Source: the human T2T-CHM13v2.0 reference genome, Homo sapiens. Taken from it: a DNA stretch of 64,000 nucleotides. The notes below the pieces were generated by a model. That model was not told the DNA's origin. It was given only the letters and a program-made list of their open reading frames with translations, and did not search any database. The translations under genes were made by a program, and so were the position numbers. Within the stretch, counting starts at the first letter, position 1; every line of letters starts with the position of its first letter. Of the stretch, positions 18,153 through 35,018 are shown piece after piece. The stretch is from NCBI RefSeq assembly GCF_009914755.1, contig NC_060926.1; one strand, 5' to 3'.

Positions 18153-19269
18153 TAAGTAAAGATAAATGAATCAAAACTGTGTTTCTGAAAATTTGGCTCT
18201 CTTAAAAGTTTTGTTTTTATTTTTTTTTTTGTTTGGTTTTTTTTGAGACAGGGTCTTGCTCTGTTGCCCAGGCTGGAGTGCAGTGGTGTGATCATAGCTT
18301 CTAATGTTTTTATTTCTGTAAAATCATCTTACAGATTTTAGAAAGAAAAATGTTAAAGGAAGAAAATGAAAACATACAGTTCTTCCACCACTCAGAACTA
18401 ACATCCATATATCATTTTAATTGTATTTTGCTGGCTTCTAATTTCTCACAAATCATGTACTGATACGGCCTTTGACCCTATTTCTGATTACTTACTTGAG
18501 ATAGATTATTGAAAATAAAATTTGATGGGTCAAAGCTTTTGGAACATCACCAAATAACCTTCCAAAAAGTTTGTGTTCATCAGCTGTGAATGTGAATTCT
18601 AACTTCCTGCACTCAGTACCCGTTACTGCCTCACTGTTTCCTGTTGACACTTTGAACGATCAGTTTTCTGCCTCTTAATTGTGCCTGCCATGTAATGCGG
18701 TGGGGTTTTTGTTGTTGTTGTTTTGTTTGTTTTTTCCCTCCTTGCTCCCTTTGGTTTGTAACTTAAAGTGGAAACTTAAGCGAAAACTAAGATCTCTTGG
18801 AACAAAAGGAATCAAACTAGTTCTGGAGCTTTTCCTAATCTGCCTACAAGTTAAGGTGGGGTATCTTCTCTGAGATTTGAAGCTTTCATAGTGGTAGAAA
18901 AGAGTTTCCTTCGCTCTAGGATGTTTCTTTTCTATTGAAATGTGTTTTGGAATATAGTTTTAGAGTTTTGATCCACTATTTTTTAAAATGTTGGTTGCTT
19001 CCCTGTAAGTGGAGGGGTTTAAATTCAACTAGGAGTCATTCACCAACTAACGTCTTAATTTACAAAGAAACAAAGGTTCCCATATCATGCCTTTGCTTTA
19101 GATATGTAGGGTACGTGTGTGTCTGCACTCTCAGATGTGGAAGATTAATCTCAGTTGTATTTTCCCAAGCCACAAAGTAAATAAATAGTTGACCTGGAAA
19201 TGAGATTTGGTTTCTTCAGAATAACAGCTTATAAAAGTGTCATTTGCATAACCGGGTTGACTGGGATAA

Positions 19270-19674
<405 letters not shown>

Positions 19675-20981
19675 TAATCTCTATGCTTCCCTAAGGAGTT
19701 TCTGGGTCAGAGGACATACATCTTTGAAAGGTTTTGATAACTTAGCAAATGCTAGTGTTTTCTTGTGGTCCCGGGCCTAAGCACAGTTGCAAGTACTTAA
19801 AACCATAAAATTCTATTTTCAACAGGACATTGTCAAAGGCTCAGCTCATATTTGCAGTTCCTGTCTTTGCAGTTCTCCTCTCTTCCTTGTATGGGCACAG
19901 GTGACTCTCGCAAACCTAGATCCCTGGGAAAGCCAATCAAGAAAATAAAGCACAGCCTTGTCCTTTTTCTTTCGACCTGCCTTTTATTCCCTTCTACATC
20001 CTGGCCAAGAATGTGGTGCAATAATTACACATAGTCCTGGAATAAATAGCTAAGGAAAATAAATTTACTTTGACCAGGTTTAACTTGCTTAGTAACAGGT
20101 TCTTAAGTATATATTTACCTAATCCAGATAATTATTTATTGAAAAGGAAAAATCTTTCTGTCAAGTTCTTATGAATCCAAACAGTAGGTGATGAAATCTT
20201 GGGTTATTACATTTAATTATCTTCTCCATGAAGGTTGCATCTCAGTAGGAGGTCATTAAGACCAAAATAATTACTTGCCCTCCTCCAAGTAGGAAAGACG
20301 TGGCCCAGAAAAATGAGGAAGGGGGATTCCAGAGGTACTTTGCATCCGCTGGGATAAACAGCAACAAAGGGAGCATGTCCTATGACTTGATTATGTCATT
20401 TGAAGTGTGATGGGCTCTCCTAATGTCAGAGACACTATGTATTTAAGCATAAAATGCGCAGAGTCAAAAATGCATAGTGTTTAAATTTTGCTTTTCTATT
20501 TTTTAAAGTAATATTTGAAACTGGGTTAAGTTGGCTGTTGATTTCATGGCCCATTTAGCCATCCCTTCTTTCCCTGAATTCTCCCTACACTGTTGTTTTA
20601 TATTCCATAGCTGCTGCCCCTAACTACCCTAGGTACCCCTCAGCCCTTGTGTCATGGGAACTGTGCTTGGTGAGTACTGCAGCCCTTCAACAGTGATGCT
20701 GACTGTTGATGGAATGCCCTACTTTGGCACTGGTTATGTGGTTATAGACTCAACAGATCATATTTTATTGCTTCAAGTGGGAACTGTGTTTATACCTAAA
20801 AGGATCAAAAGCTCACTTTTAAATTTATTCTCAGTTGAAATTCTGGATTTGATTTGAACAGGTTAAATGTTTATTGTAGTGTTGTTCAGAACATGGCAGC
20901 TCTTCCTTTTTCTCCAAAGAATCTTTAACGCATTGCTGTCATAGCCAAGTGGTTTAGGATCTAACTAGAAAATGACATTAG

Positions 20982-21137
<156 letters not shown>

Positions 21138-21804
21138 TAAGTAGGCAGGTTTGGGCCAGGGAAAAGACAGCTTGAGGAGCAATATGAAGGCACATCTGTG
21201 GACATGACAAAGAATGCAGTCAGATGCACCCAACCCCTTACCCCTTTTCTGGGACACCCAGCGTCGAACACACCACAGAGGTGTCCAGTCTTTCTCAGTT
21301 CACCTCTGCTTAATGGGAGGGAAGCAGAACACGGGTGGCTTCAAATGCTTCTAAATACAAAAAAATGTAGTGGCTTACTCAAATATGGACAGTGAAACCT
21401 TATTAAGCAGAATGATTGTTTAGGTTTGATCATCCTGTTTCATTCTTACTAGGGCTTCCCCCCGCCCGCACCGCCCTTCAAGAGTGGGGATTGGTTACTA
21501 ACAGTCAGAAATTGTGAAGTTAGTTAGCCAGGAATTGTGAGGTTAGTTGTCTAATGCTTTATTTCCAGGGAAATTAATTTAATACTAGGGAACCTTGTTT
21601 CTTTTGAAACTTCTAGGCTGGGTTTTCCCTTTCCCTTCCCACTGTTTTCTGGCAGTTTGGTACTGTGTTGGGTTTCTCTTGGCTGGGGTTTGGGAACTAA
21701 GTGGGAAACATATTCCCAGTTACCTGTTTTTGTGGGCTGTTTATTGATTGATTATTTGGGCAAAATGTTTCTAAGGTTTAAACCTATCCTCCCCTCCTCT
21801 TTAG

Positions 21805-21861
21805 TAAGCGACTCTCGCAGCCTGCTGGAGGCCTTCTGGATTCTATCACTAATATCTTTGG
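21805..21861 (+). CDS. ATG16L1: ATG16L1 exon 8, alternative cassette absent from the alpha isoform (KRLSQPAGGLLDSITNIFG; includes S278)
   Basis: ctctttag acceptor, gtaggt donor, 57 nt, phase 2-2. Confidence 0.95.
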
Positions 21862-22074
21862 GTAGGTTAGAAGACCTTTCCTTTTTAAATGTGTATAAGT
21901 ATACCTAAGTATATGTACATGACTTATTTTTATTCTTTAAATGTACACCAGGTGTCAGTGATGCAGAGTATACATATGCCTTAATATCAGCTTTTCATTT
22001 AGCTTCTTCCTTTTTTCCTCAACTTCCTTTCCTCTTAATCTCGCTGCGTGCTGATCTCTGGCCTTTCCCTTTAG

Positions 22075-22125
22075 TCTGTCCGAGTCTCCCCTTTTGGGAC
22101 ATCATTCTTCTTCTGATGCTGCCAG
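22075..22125 (+). CDS. ATG16L1: ATG16L1 gamma-isoform cassette exon (LSESPLLGHHSSSDAAR)
   Basis: Long pyrimidine tract + tttag acceptor, CAG|gtgaaa donor, 51 nt in frame; resembles the mouse gamma insert as I recall it. Confidence 0.85.
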
Positions 22126-22598
22126 GTGAAACTATTATCCTCTCTTAGTCCAGCATGTGAGTGTGGGTCCTTAACAATTATGCCAATCACCGCTTCACTG
22201 CCCTCAGTCATCAGATGTTCACGTGCTAACGAGGATGCTTTGCATGTTCCTAGGAATGCCGGGAGCCCTCAGAGCAGGGCTGCCAGGTTGAACACTTTGT
22301 ACAGTACTCATGCTCTTGTTGCTTTCTTTTGGCATGCGTTAGACTCCACATTGATCACAAGTGATGAGGTTGATTCTAACTAGGCATAGAAATAAAATAG
22401 TTTTGCAAAAAAGACCAAAGAGCTACCTCTGAGCTAGCTGTTACATTAAGTTGAGAAAGTTTCCCAGCAGCTTATTGACTGGGTAAGCAGTTGTTCAGGA
22501 TTGCTTTTCATTGTTGGGTTTTGGAGTCCACAGGTTAGTGTGCAGGAGAGTAAGGCATGTGCTGGCTCTCTTTCTCATTTGAGTGAGGGTGCTTTTGA

Positions 22599-22904
<306 letters not shown>

Positions 22905-23809
22905 TGACAGAGCCTGGCAATTAAAGGGTCCTTTCTAGGCCTGCAGCTAAGCATTCCATTGTTTTACTTATATCAAGCCTTTCCACCTTTTGGCTCTGTC
23001 AGCTGTGAGAAATTGATATATTTTGCTTAGTTTCAGAGGACAAAATTTGTTACAACCATCCTCTGTAATGGCAGAGCTGACTGAGAAAGGATTGCTAGCA
23101 TGAGGGATGGGGCAAAGGAAAAGTAATTAGGGATTGTGAAAAATGGGAGAGGGATTTATATAATTATTGTCACCAATTGGCTCCAGTTTAGAGTGAGTTG
23201 CCAGTCAGTGGTGTATTATGGAAGTTCAGTAGGACAGCTGTTGGTTTCATGAATTATATCCCTATCTGTATGACTCCCAGCCATTAGGGGTCTATGACTG
23301 GAAGCAGTCCTGGGCAGAAGCCACGGTGATGGATACCAGGGCTGTCACCCGGAGTTCAGAGCTGGGTCCTAGTACTAGCAGGTAGTTTGCATCCCAGCTG
23401 GGGTAGTTGAGCAGAAATTGAACCAGCCTGGGGAAACATTCAGTACCTGGCTCAGAACTGTCAAAGCATGAGGAGGGTAGGAAACAGAGCACAAAGAACA
23501 GAACCTGGAGAGTTGGACTGACTCCAGTACTGGCCTAATAACTGGCAGCGGGTAAGTGAAAGGAGCCAGCTTTCAAAGCAGGGAAGATTTTGCCGTAAAA
23601 ATGGGATGGAATTTATATGGTGGGAGCTTTGGGTTCCAGGTATAAGGAGGGACTTAGCTAGTTACACAGTGGACTGGCTGAGTGATGAACTGCCTTGACT
23701 GTTGTAAAGAGAGTTCCGCTTTGGAGGAGGAGTTGGGATGGGGCGCATCAACGCCCCTTCCCAGTCCCACTCCACTCCTGTGATTCCATGATGCACCGGG
23801 CACCTGCAG

Positions 23810-24087
23810 AGGTCGATGATGATTGGTAAAAGGTCTGATTGCACTGAATGTCACGGTCCCTTTGTTGCCCTCAACTCCCAGCAGCCCATTTTTTCCCTCC
23901 CGTCACATTTAAGTCATGTGTATGGGATCATGGAGCAGCTGATAATTTGGGATTCTGTCAGTGTGTGTTTCTGAGAGTGATCGGCTCACAGCTGACGAGT
24001 ATCCAACAAAACCAGTTACACAGGAGACTGACGAGTGGCAGTCATGGGTGTGATGGTGCATGATCTCAAGTTTTCAATCTGAGACCT
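23810..24087 (+). ncRNA. SCARNA5: SCARNA5 (U87), composite C/D-H/ACA small Cajal body RNA
   Basis: Terminal stem gaggtc/gacctc; box C ATGATGA 23816; D' CTGA preceded by TGGTAAAAGG (antisense to U5 loop I, Um41); C'-like ATGATCT 24060; box D CTGA 24079 preceded by AAGTTTTCAAT (antisense to U4, Am65); internal TGAG CAB-like motif at 23972. Confidence 0.93.
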
Positions 24088-24579
24088 CCTAAGGAGAAAG
24101 AAACCATAAAAAAGAAAAGGAAATTTCATGGGGGTAAAAGGTTTGGTCACCTGTCATACTTTTCAGCAGTGGGTCACAAGAGGGAGGCAAAGTGGAAAAT
24201 GAAGTTACCAAAGTGATGCCTGTTGCCCAGCCTGTTAATAGTCACTCCCTCCGTGATACTTCAAGCATTTTATTTTTTTTTAGTCCCAAGCAAATGTAAA
24301 TATCACATATTCTCTTCCCCAAGTGACCTTTTAGACAAGTGATTATCTACTTAACAATCTCATATTGATAGTCTATGTTTTCTAGTCTTTCTTTTCCTTC
24401 TCTATTATAGAAATTTCCAAACATACGCAGTATCTCTTCCCCCCCACACTTATGCTGGAGCAATTTGAAGCCAATTCTAGGCATTATATTTCATCCAAAA
24501 ATATTTTACTGCCCATAATCTTCTTAAGAGAGTATAGTGAATTTTTCGATTATTCCCTTTTCCCATTCTAGAATGGGAT

Positions 24580-24862
24580 GCTGAGTCTCACTCTGTTATC
24601 CAGGCGGGAGTACAGTAGCACAATCTCAGCTCAGTGCAGTCTCAACCTTGGGCTGAAGCAATCCTCCCACCTCAGCCTCTTGAGTAGCTGGAACAATAGG
24701 TATGCGCTACCACACCTGGCTAATTTTTGTTTTTTAGTTTTTAAGAGACGAGGTTTCGCCACGTTGCCCAGGCTGGTCTTGAACTCCTGAGCTCATGCGA
24801 TCTGCCCACCTCGGTCTCCCGAAGTGCTGGGATCACAGATGTGTGCCACTGCACCCAGCCAG
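24580..24862 (-). mobile_element. Alu (J-like)
   Basis: Antisense Alu consensus. Confidence 0.85.
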
Positions 24863-25630
24863 GATGCTTTTTTACTTGGTTTTCTTTCTTATCCTGAACA
24901 TAAGTACCATCTTTTGCCAGTGTTTATGCCAGTATTAGAAATTTCCCTGTGAAGAATATAAATTCTCTTAAAATAACGACTGTCATTTTTATCTAAGGCT
25001 TATGCATTAACAGGCACCATTCTGGGTTGCAAAAACCTTTCTGGAGCTGAGCAAACTGAGATTTCAGAAACTTGGCAGAGGTCACACTGCCAGTACACAC
25101 TAGTCCCATAATGTTTCCAGAAAGAACTACATAGAATTCCATTATAACACAGATTGATGTTTTTGCCATCTACTTATATTAGGACTCATTGCGAAAGCTG
25201 TATTATGAGAGGCCATGTGCTATACATTATTTAAATATGTAGTATTTAATATTATTAGTAAATTAGTAATTACTAGTAGATCAATAAGTAGTATTAACTC
25301 AGTCTGGACCAAAATTAATTCTAGGTTTACTTTTAAACTATTAAGATAAATATAGGCCATTATTGTTAGAACAGATGAAATTAATGCAAGGACCAACTTT
25401 AAGCAGTCTACACAGATTTTGAGTACTTTTTGAGAAGGTTGCACTGCACTCTAATGCAACTGTAACTAGAAGAATAAAATGATAATAGAATCTTAGTTGA
25501 CCTGGGCTAGGAGTCCAGTTTAGTTTATGATTGGCTCCACCTGTCTTTAAGGATGAGTGTTTCCCCATGAATTAGGCATTTGGAGTGTTCGCGCATCTTG
25601 AGCTCTTGGGATGAGAATGACTGGGTTTGA

Positions 25631-25792
<162 letters not shown>

Positions 25793-27009
25793 TGAGATGA
25801 TGCACCCTTGCACTGCAGAAAGAAGCTGTGTTGCTGGCATCTGGTTGACCTTGCTTTCAGGCACTGTGAATTGTTCATTTTCTCAAAACATACATTTTAT
25901 GTAAGGGATCGTTTGACCAAAGCATCATACATCTCAGTTATTCTTTACTTCCGAGTGGATGTTTGCTCTCATTTTCTAAGTAGTGATCAGAAAATACTGT
26001 TAAGTTATGGATATGTTTATGTTAGTAAGGTTTCTGTAGTTTTTCTCAAGTATATACCAATCAGAGCATCTTGCAAAATAGTACCGTTTTTATGAGGAAA
26101 ATAAGTCTTATGATCATGGATTCTACAATTAAACTATACATTAAGCTGTGGTTGATGCATTTAATGACAATTGCAATAGCCTAGGGAAAAAATGACTGGA
26201 GTCATGTCTAAGCTTGAGGAAACAGAGGCGTACTACCTAGAAAAGATGTATTTAACAGTGTATCAGACGAGGGCCCTTAGATCAAGACTCAGTCTCTTTG
26301 GACTTTTAGGATGCTCAGAGATGGATGGCATTAAAACAGAAAATGGAAGTTAATGAAACCATCTCTTAGAAGTCTGAAGCCGGGCATTTCCCAGTTTTGA
26401 CGTTTTCGAGATTCAGTTAAATATGCGTGTATTTTTACTAAAGTAAGGCCGAAGAATAAGGCTTAAGGTTTTTAACGGGAACCACTTTGCCAAGTGTCTG
26501 TAGCTGCGACACACACATTATCCCTGTCGAGCAATAAATAGCTCCAAAGTGATTTTGTCTGTTAATTCCCCTGATCATCACAACAGCCCTGTGTGGTTAG
26601 AATGGTAGAGATTGCGCCATTTCACAGATAAAGGGAATAAAACTCAGATACTACGTGATTTACATGGCTAGTGAATGATTTCTGTGGTGAGGGAGTGGTG
26701 GAACTAGGACTAATGCAGGCCAGAAGACCTGAAATTCCATGCTCTTACTGTAGCCTTCTCTAGCAACTGAAAAATCTTAGGGGTACTGCTTTTAAGGTTT
26801 ATCAGAGCAGGAGCAACTTATTAGAATAGGTTATTAGTAAAGCACCCCTCCTATCTGCCCCGGCCTTTGATTTTCAGGAAAGGGACTCAGCAGTTAGAGC
26901 CCATTGAAGCATACTAAAATTTACTATTTTGCCCAGAAACATTTAGCTTATGAATGATAATGGCTGAAGCAATTAGAAAACAATAATAAAAACAAATCAT
27001 AAGAAATTT

Positions 27010-27272
27010 TCACTTTGTGAGGCTGGGGCAAGAGGATTGCTTGAGGCCAGGAGTTCAAGACCAGCCTGGGCAACAAAATGAGACCCTGCCTCTACAAAAA
27101 AAATATTAAAAAGTAGCTGGGTGTGTTGGCATGCACTTGCAGTCCCAGCTTCCTGGGAAGCTGAAGTGGGAAGATCAATTGAGCCCAGGAGTGAGAGGCT
27201 GCTGTGAGCTCTGATCGCATCACTGCACTCCAGCATGGGCAGCAGAGCAAGACCCTGTGTCTTTTAAAAAAG
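27010..27272 (+). mobile_element. Alu (J-like, 5' truncated)
   Basis: Sense Alu consensus. Confidence 0.85.
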
Positions 27273-29154
27273 GAAATTTTAGGGAATTTGATTTGCAAAA
27301 TCAAAGTAAACAGTCTGTTTTGAGTATGCCATTGAGATTTAAATAAAAATAACACTAGAAATATTTTCGTTTTACTCCTTGGTCAGTAAAAACACCTATA
27401 AGAAAATTAGAGGTACCAACCTTTAATTCTAGTAACCTTTTTGCGGCTGAAAAGAAACGAACATCAGTTGAAGTTAATACTGACATAATCTGTGCCAGCA
27501 CATAATTTGTGTTAATAAAATCAAGTTTCTACCTAATCTACAGAAATAGCAGAATGTGTGGCGGCATTTCTTACAGTTTTGTGTAGGGCCTTTCTTCTAC
27601 AAACAGCTGTTTCAGTCTACAAGATTTTTCGTCTTGGCAAATATTTATTTACTGAATCTTGGAAGAGGCCAAGTTCAAGAGACCTTTTCTGAAATAGTTT
27701 GGGGGTCCTGTTTTTTCATCCTTTTAGATTATCAGAAGAATCACACTTTCTACCCAGTGGGAACATCTGTTTTTGCTCATTTTCTCCAAAGCAGAAGTTC
27801 CACTGGGAATTATACAAATGCTGTTGACATAGCACCCCCCGCCCCCAACCCCGTATCTTGTAGATAATTAAGAGTTTTAATACGGTCTTTGTTCTTTTGA
27901 GATCAATCTCTCATATTGAATAGCATTAATTTTTTGGTCACTTCCTACATTTCGGCACTGTGTTAAGTGCCAAGCAAATAGACCAGTATTTTAAGCATAA
28001 GCCAAAGAGATATTTCTTAGAATTTGCAGTAATATTTTTATCTGTGAAGATTTCATCTAAAGGAAAATCTTAGCGAATATTAGCCTTTTTCAACCCTTTT
28101 GAAAATCTTAAGAAAGCTAGGATCCAGAAAAAGCCATTAAATATGCTGTATTTTGCAAGTGAGTTCAGAGGAGAGGTTCATCAACCAGGTTAACAGTCTG
28201 TGGCCTGAATGTACATGACAGCTTCAAACCAGTATTCGTGTCACCTTGATATCTGGCTCCAATCATTATTTTTACTACTTAGAAGTACTGAATAAGATAA
28301 AAATGTGTTGAAATGTTTTCTGTTCTGTGTTCCTCTTTTACAAATATGATTACAATGGTTCCTTAATTTCTAGCTTATCTGTGTGGATCATCCTTAAGTT
28401 ACCCTTTTAAAAGGAATTTAATCAAATCATTGAGATTTTTGCTCTTCTCAGTTTGGGATTGCCCGTTACTGAAATTTCCGTGTGGGTGGCCAGGCTGTCT
28501 GGAAGCAGAGTAGATAAAGTGGACAGTGGCTCTGTTGGTGAGGGAGAGCTGTGTAGAGGGATGGGAGGTGCTGGCACTTAGTTCGCTTGCCAGGATCTTA
28601 GATTCATGGAGATAAAGTATGAGGGCAAATTCCAGAAACTCCAAACTAGCTTGACTGGTATTCTATATGAGTAGTCATTTAAATGTAACTAACACAATTT
28701 CTTTTCACACCTTAATGAAAATTACCACACCATGGGTCCAGAAATTGACTGCCAGTTTCTACAAAAGTGGTAGTTAAGTTGGCACAAATGCTGATCAACC
28801 CAAATATTTATGTATGTAAGTTTTTAAAATGTACTGAGAAATAGTGGAACTGAATAAACCCAGTCTCTAGTTTGATTGACATGGTTTATAAATTCCTACA
28901 CTTTGTTTTTCTAAAGAGAATGAATAACTACATTTCTTAAAGAACAGAACACACATCCAAGATGCTGGGGTCAGTGTCCACTTAGACTTGCATTCCTCTT
29001 AGAAACTAGCAGTATCTTTTATCTCTCATGTTCTCTTTGTCCTGCTATTTTGTTTGATTCTGTAAAGGTACAGGATAGCTATTGTTTTAGCAGTGTAATT
29101 GGCTTCCATTGTATTTCAGTGCCCTGTTTTAATGTATTTATTGGCTTTATTTAA

Positions 29155-29271
<117 letters not shown>

Positions 29272-30669
29272 TAGCTATGATTTTAAAGGTTTTTAGAAAT
29301 AATTTAAGACATTAGGTTCTTGAAATTATAACATAACTTACCCGATTTCTCTGCCATTCTCTGTATCTTAAGCCAAATCCATGTTAAAGAAAGATGGAAA
29401 TAGATTATAGGGTTAATTGCTGTATCAACTCTGATAAACCCTTGGGTTCTGCTTCATGCATTAGGCTTGTGATGTTACTCAGTACTTTGTATAATTTCAC
29501 TTAATAGTTGTATTTTGAGTGTATAGATGCTGTACTCCAGGGGCCAGCGTGGTCTCTACCCTCCGAGATTCGCCATCTAAATGAGAGTGATGGGAAAGCA
29601 TTAAACTGCAAAGCGTTGTGCTGAGTTATGGCTGAGATGTGTGTGGAGTAGAAAGGAAATACTGATGAGAGAGTAGCTCATTCTGGGGCAAGGGTTAGGG
29701 GCCATAGTAAGGCATTTAAAGCAGATCTAAAGATAATCAAAGGTCAGAGGCAAAAAGCCAGGGACGGACACCACAGGCAGAGGGAGCAGAGGAGGTTGGG
29801 CTGGGCGAGTGCAGGAGCTTGGGTGGAGGTGATGACTGGGTGAGGCCAAGGTAGCGTCCTCATCTACCAAGAGTCCTTATCTTGATTGTCATCTCTGGGG
29901 AGCCTTGTTCACATTCCTGGGTGGGCTGAGTGTCTATGTTCCCAGCATCTTGTGCAAACCTATTCTATGGCACGGTGGTGGTCTATATCTGTTTCTTTTA
30001 CTAAGCTGAGAGCTGACTACCTGAGGACAAGTGTCTGGGCGTTAATCATCTTTGTACCCCCAGCACCTGGCACAGTGCCTATTAGGTTCTAAATAACCAC
30101 TCCTTGAATTTAATTGGGGAATGATAAGGAAATAAGGTTGGAAAATGAGGGTATGTTGTATTGAAAGGTTTAGACTTTTGTAAAGCCATGTGGAGACTTG
30201 AGAGATTTTTAGAAATGGGTATGGTGTTAAGTTGTGGTGGAACTGTGACAGTGCTGAAGACTGGCTTGGAGGAAGCAGGTCTGCAGTGGCCCGTGCGTTC
30301 AGTGCTTCTGCAGAGATGCAGAAGGCCCAGGTGGGGGCTGAGGAAATAGGGGAGAAAGGAGAGGACCAGGCTCGACACATTGAAGATGAACAGTTCTCAG
30401 AGTGAGAGTTGGGAGATTAGGCAAGGAGAGAGTCAAGGGTGCCTCTGAGGTTTCTGACTTGTTAATATTTGCTGCTAGTGAAGGTTGCCAAGGGAAAAGT
30501 GAGTAGGGAAGGCTGGGTTCCATTTGGAGCTTGAGGTGTCTGCAATATTCTGATGAAATTGAGCAAGCTCAGAAAAAAAAAGGTCTGAACTCGAAGGAGA
30601 CTGGCGAGTTGAAGCACACTCACGACAGTAGCTGGTATTCAGGCTGGTTGTATAGGGTGAAGCATCTAA

Positions 30670-30849
<180 letters not shown>

Positions 30850-31634
30850 TAAGAAAGTTAGTGCAATCTCCAAACTTCATGTGGTGTTATCAAGGCACAA
30901 ACTGGCAGGTGCTTAATTAGGGGACTTTGTTTTCCCAAAAATCATGCTTGATTCACCCTGCCCTTCCTTTCCTCCTTGGGGAAATCTGTGTTTCCACTTT
31001 ATACTCTTTGTCCAAAACTCAGTTTCAAAATATTTGCAATGGGACCCTCACATTTGCATGAAAACCTTGGAATACTCTTCATAAGGACTAAATACTTTGG
31101 TAGATAGCAATTTTGGCTTAATGGCACAGAACTTAGCAACAGCATGTGAATTGTGATTCCTGTGGGCTCTAAAACCTAATTACCTAAAGTGGGATATAGA
31201 AGTACAAATGGATGTATCATAGGGATAAGACAATTCTGAAACAAAAACTCCAAGCTGAGAAAGAGGGGACAGGTGTCAGAGCAGGGAGAAATGATTGGAT
31301 GTTGAGGAAAGCTGCATTTGAACCAAAACTTGCCAAGAATTCTCTTGGCATCTGACAGAGAGACCAAAACTTGGTTGTATCATTTTTGATTGGGGCAGGG
31401 GGCGGAGGGCGAAGCATGTAACTTAATTTGCAGACATTTTTTTTCCCCATAAGCCTGAAGGAATCATCACATAAGCTTATTAAATACAAGCTATTGAAAG
31501 ATATAATGGAGGATGAATTTGGCATTAGTAGGCATTTTACTAAAAAAAAAAAAAATTTTTTTTTAAAAAGTTAACACAAGCCGTTTGTGTGTGTCAACCC
31601 ACACCAAAAACAGAGGAAGTAATGTTAAGATGAA

Positions 31635-32852
<1,218 letters not shown>

Positions 32853-34685
32853 CAGATGAATTTCTTAAATCTACAAGGGAGGTGGAGGAGCTGTAGTAGA
32901 ATGGTATATTAGGTGGGTTTCTGGTGATTTTCTTGAGAGGGTTGTATAGATTATTAGTATTAGATGCTAGCCAATACCTCAGGGGTGGTCATTCTTAATT
33001 CACAATTTAAAGAAGATCCAGGTCCGAACATGCAAAATAACGAGCCCTGACGATGACAAGGACATGTTGTGAGAGCTGAGGAGCCTATGTTCTTGTCTTA
33101 ATGACGGACTAGGGAAGTGCACTGCTAGAGAGCCTGCCATGGGGCACACCAATTCAGATGCTTGAATAGGGTCATTTGAAGCCCTGTAGTTCTGTACTGT
33201 ACACATGGAAAAGATGGCCTAGCCGGTACTCATGGCTACGTTCTAATCCATCCTGTGGTATACTGTGATTTATCTATCCATTGATCTTTTATTCTAGACT
33301 GAGATACAGTAAAACTGACCAATTATTGAAGAGGGGCCTACAGCCTTTTTTTTATGATAGTCCCTTAGAGGAGAAGAGGAAGAAGTTGAGTCAACCAGTA
33401 GTGCAGGATATTTTTTAATTGGTAATAGAGGAGTCCTATACAGGTGGGCATCAGCCTTTGGGTCAGAAATAACAAGAAGGGGACCTAGAGCAGGGAGCTA
33501 GACTGACAGATGAAGGTCATAACATTGAGCTGGCACACAGGTCTCACTGGGGAAATGTTCTCAGTATGCTGGAGCAGGGCGCAGGCTGCTGGGCTGCTGC
33601 TTCTGATGATGCCGTGCTGGGGCAGGAGCCTCCTGTGCTGGACTAGTTGGCTTTTGAGTTTCTGGCCTGCTCATAACCTTGTCCTGTTACTTGGTAAATG
33701 TGTGAAGATTGGGAGGCCTGTTTCAGCAGATTCCCTGCACCCAGAGAAGTCTCCCGAAAACCTTACCAGGTTCCAGAAAGTAAAATAGGCTCCTTATTCT
33801 AGGGAGTGCTGGCTTTTTTTTAGACCCCAGTTAACAGATGGTACTGGAGGACAGGAATCCATTCATCTATGTTGTGAAACTCACAGACATCCATGCCCTG
33901 TTCGGTGTCTCCTTTGCTCTTACGACAAGGGAATGGTGTTGGGAGAGACTGGCAAACAAGAAGCAGCTGGTTGAGTGCTTGCTTTAACATCCTTTTTGTA
34001 AATGCACCCTAGAAACAACCTGGCATTGAAAGGAGTCCTCTGTGATGCCTCCGTTAAAAATCTAAAGTCAGTACAAAACTGCCTGGCTGCTTGGTAAGAT
34101 TTGACTTGAGAAACTTGCTTGAGAACCCCCCTGCCCACTTCTCTCGTGGTGTGGTGAAGTGGCCACAGTGAGGATTGGCTATGGCTGCTAGGTGATGGTT
34201 TCTGTTTGGAATGTTCCTCTTTGAGTTCTGCATTCTTCTGGAATCGGCTGTCTTTGGTTGGTGTTATGTTAGCTGCATGATTAAGTTGTTACCTGAATGA
34301 GCAATTTTGTGTTTAGAAATAGGGGTCGGCACTCGTTATCTGCCATGAGGCACAGAGATAGTCTGTGCAGAGCCCAGTGGAGCAGAGAAATCTTGAAGCC
34401 TCCCCACTTTGAGGCCCCGGCCTTGATGACATCTAAACCCGCTGCCCCGCTATTGTTAATCCCTGTTTAAAAGTAGAAGATGAAACCTAAAAGTGTTGTT
34501 AATCATAAAAATGAATTTCAGAAACACCTAACAGATAGAAGAATTTTAAATCTGATCCATTTCAAAGGACTCTATAAATGATAGAGGTGAATGAATGCCT
34601 GTAGGAGGCCCAGCTCTATACCATTGGAAGCACCGAGACAGTGAGTCAGCCTCAGGCAGCTCCAGCTTATTCTCACTGAGAATAA

Positions 34686-35018
<333 letters not shown>

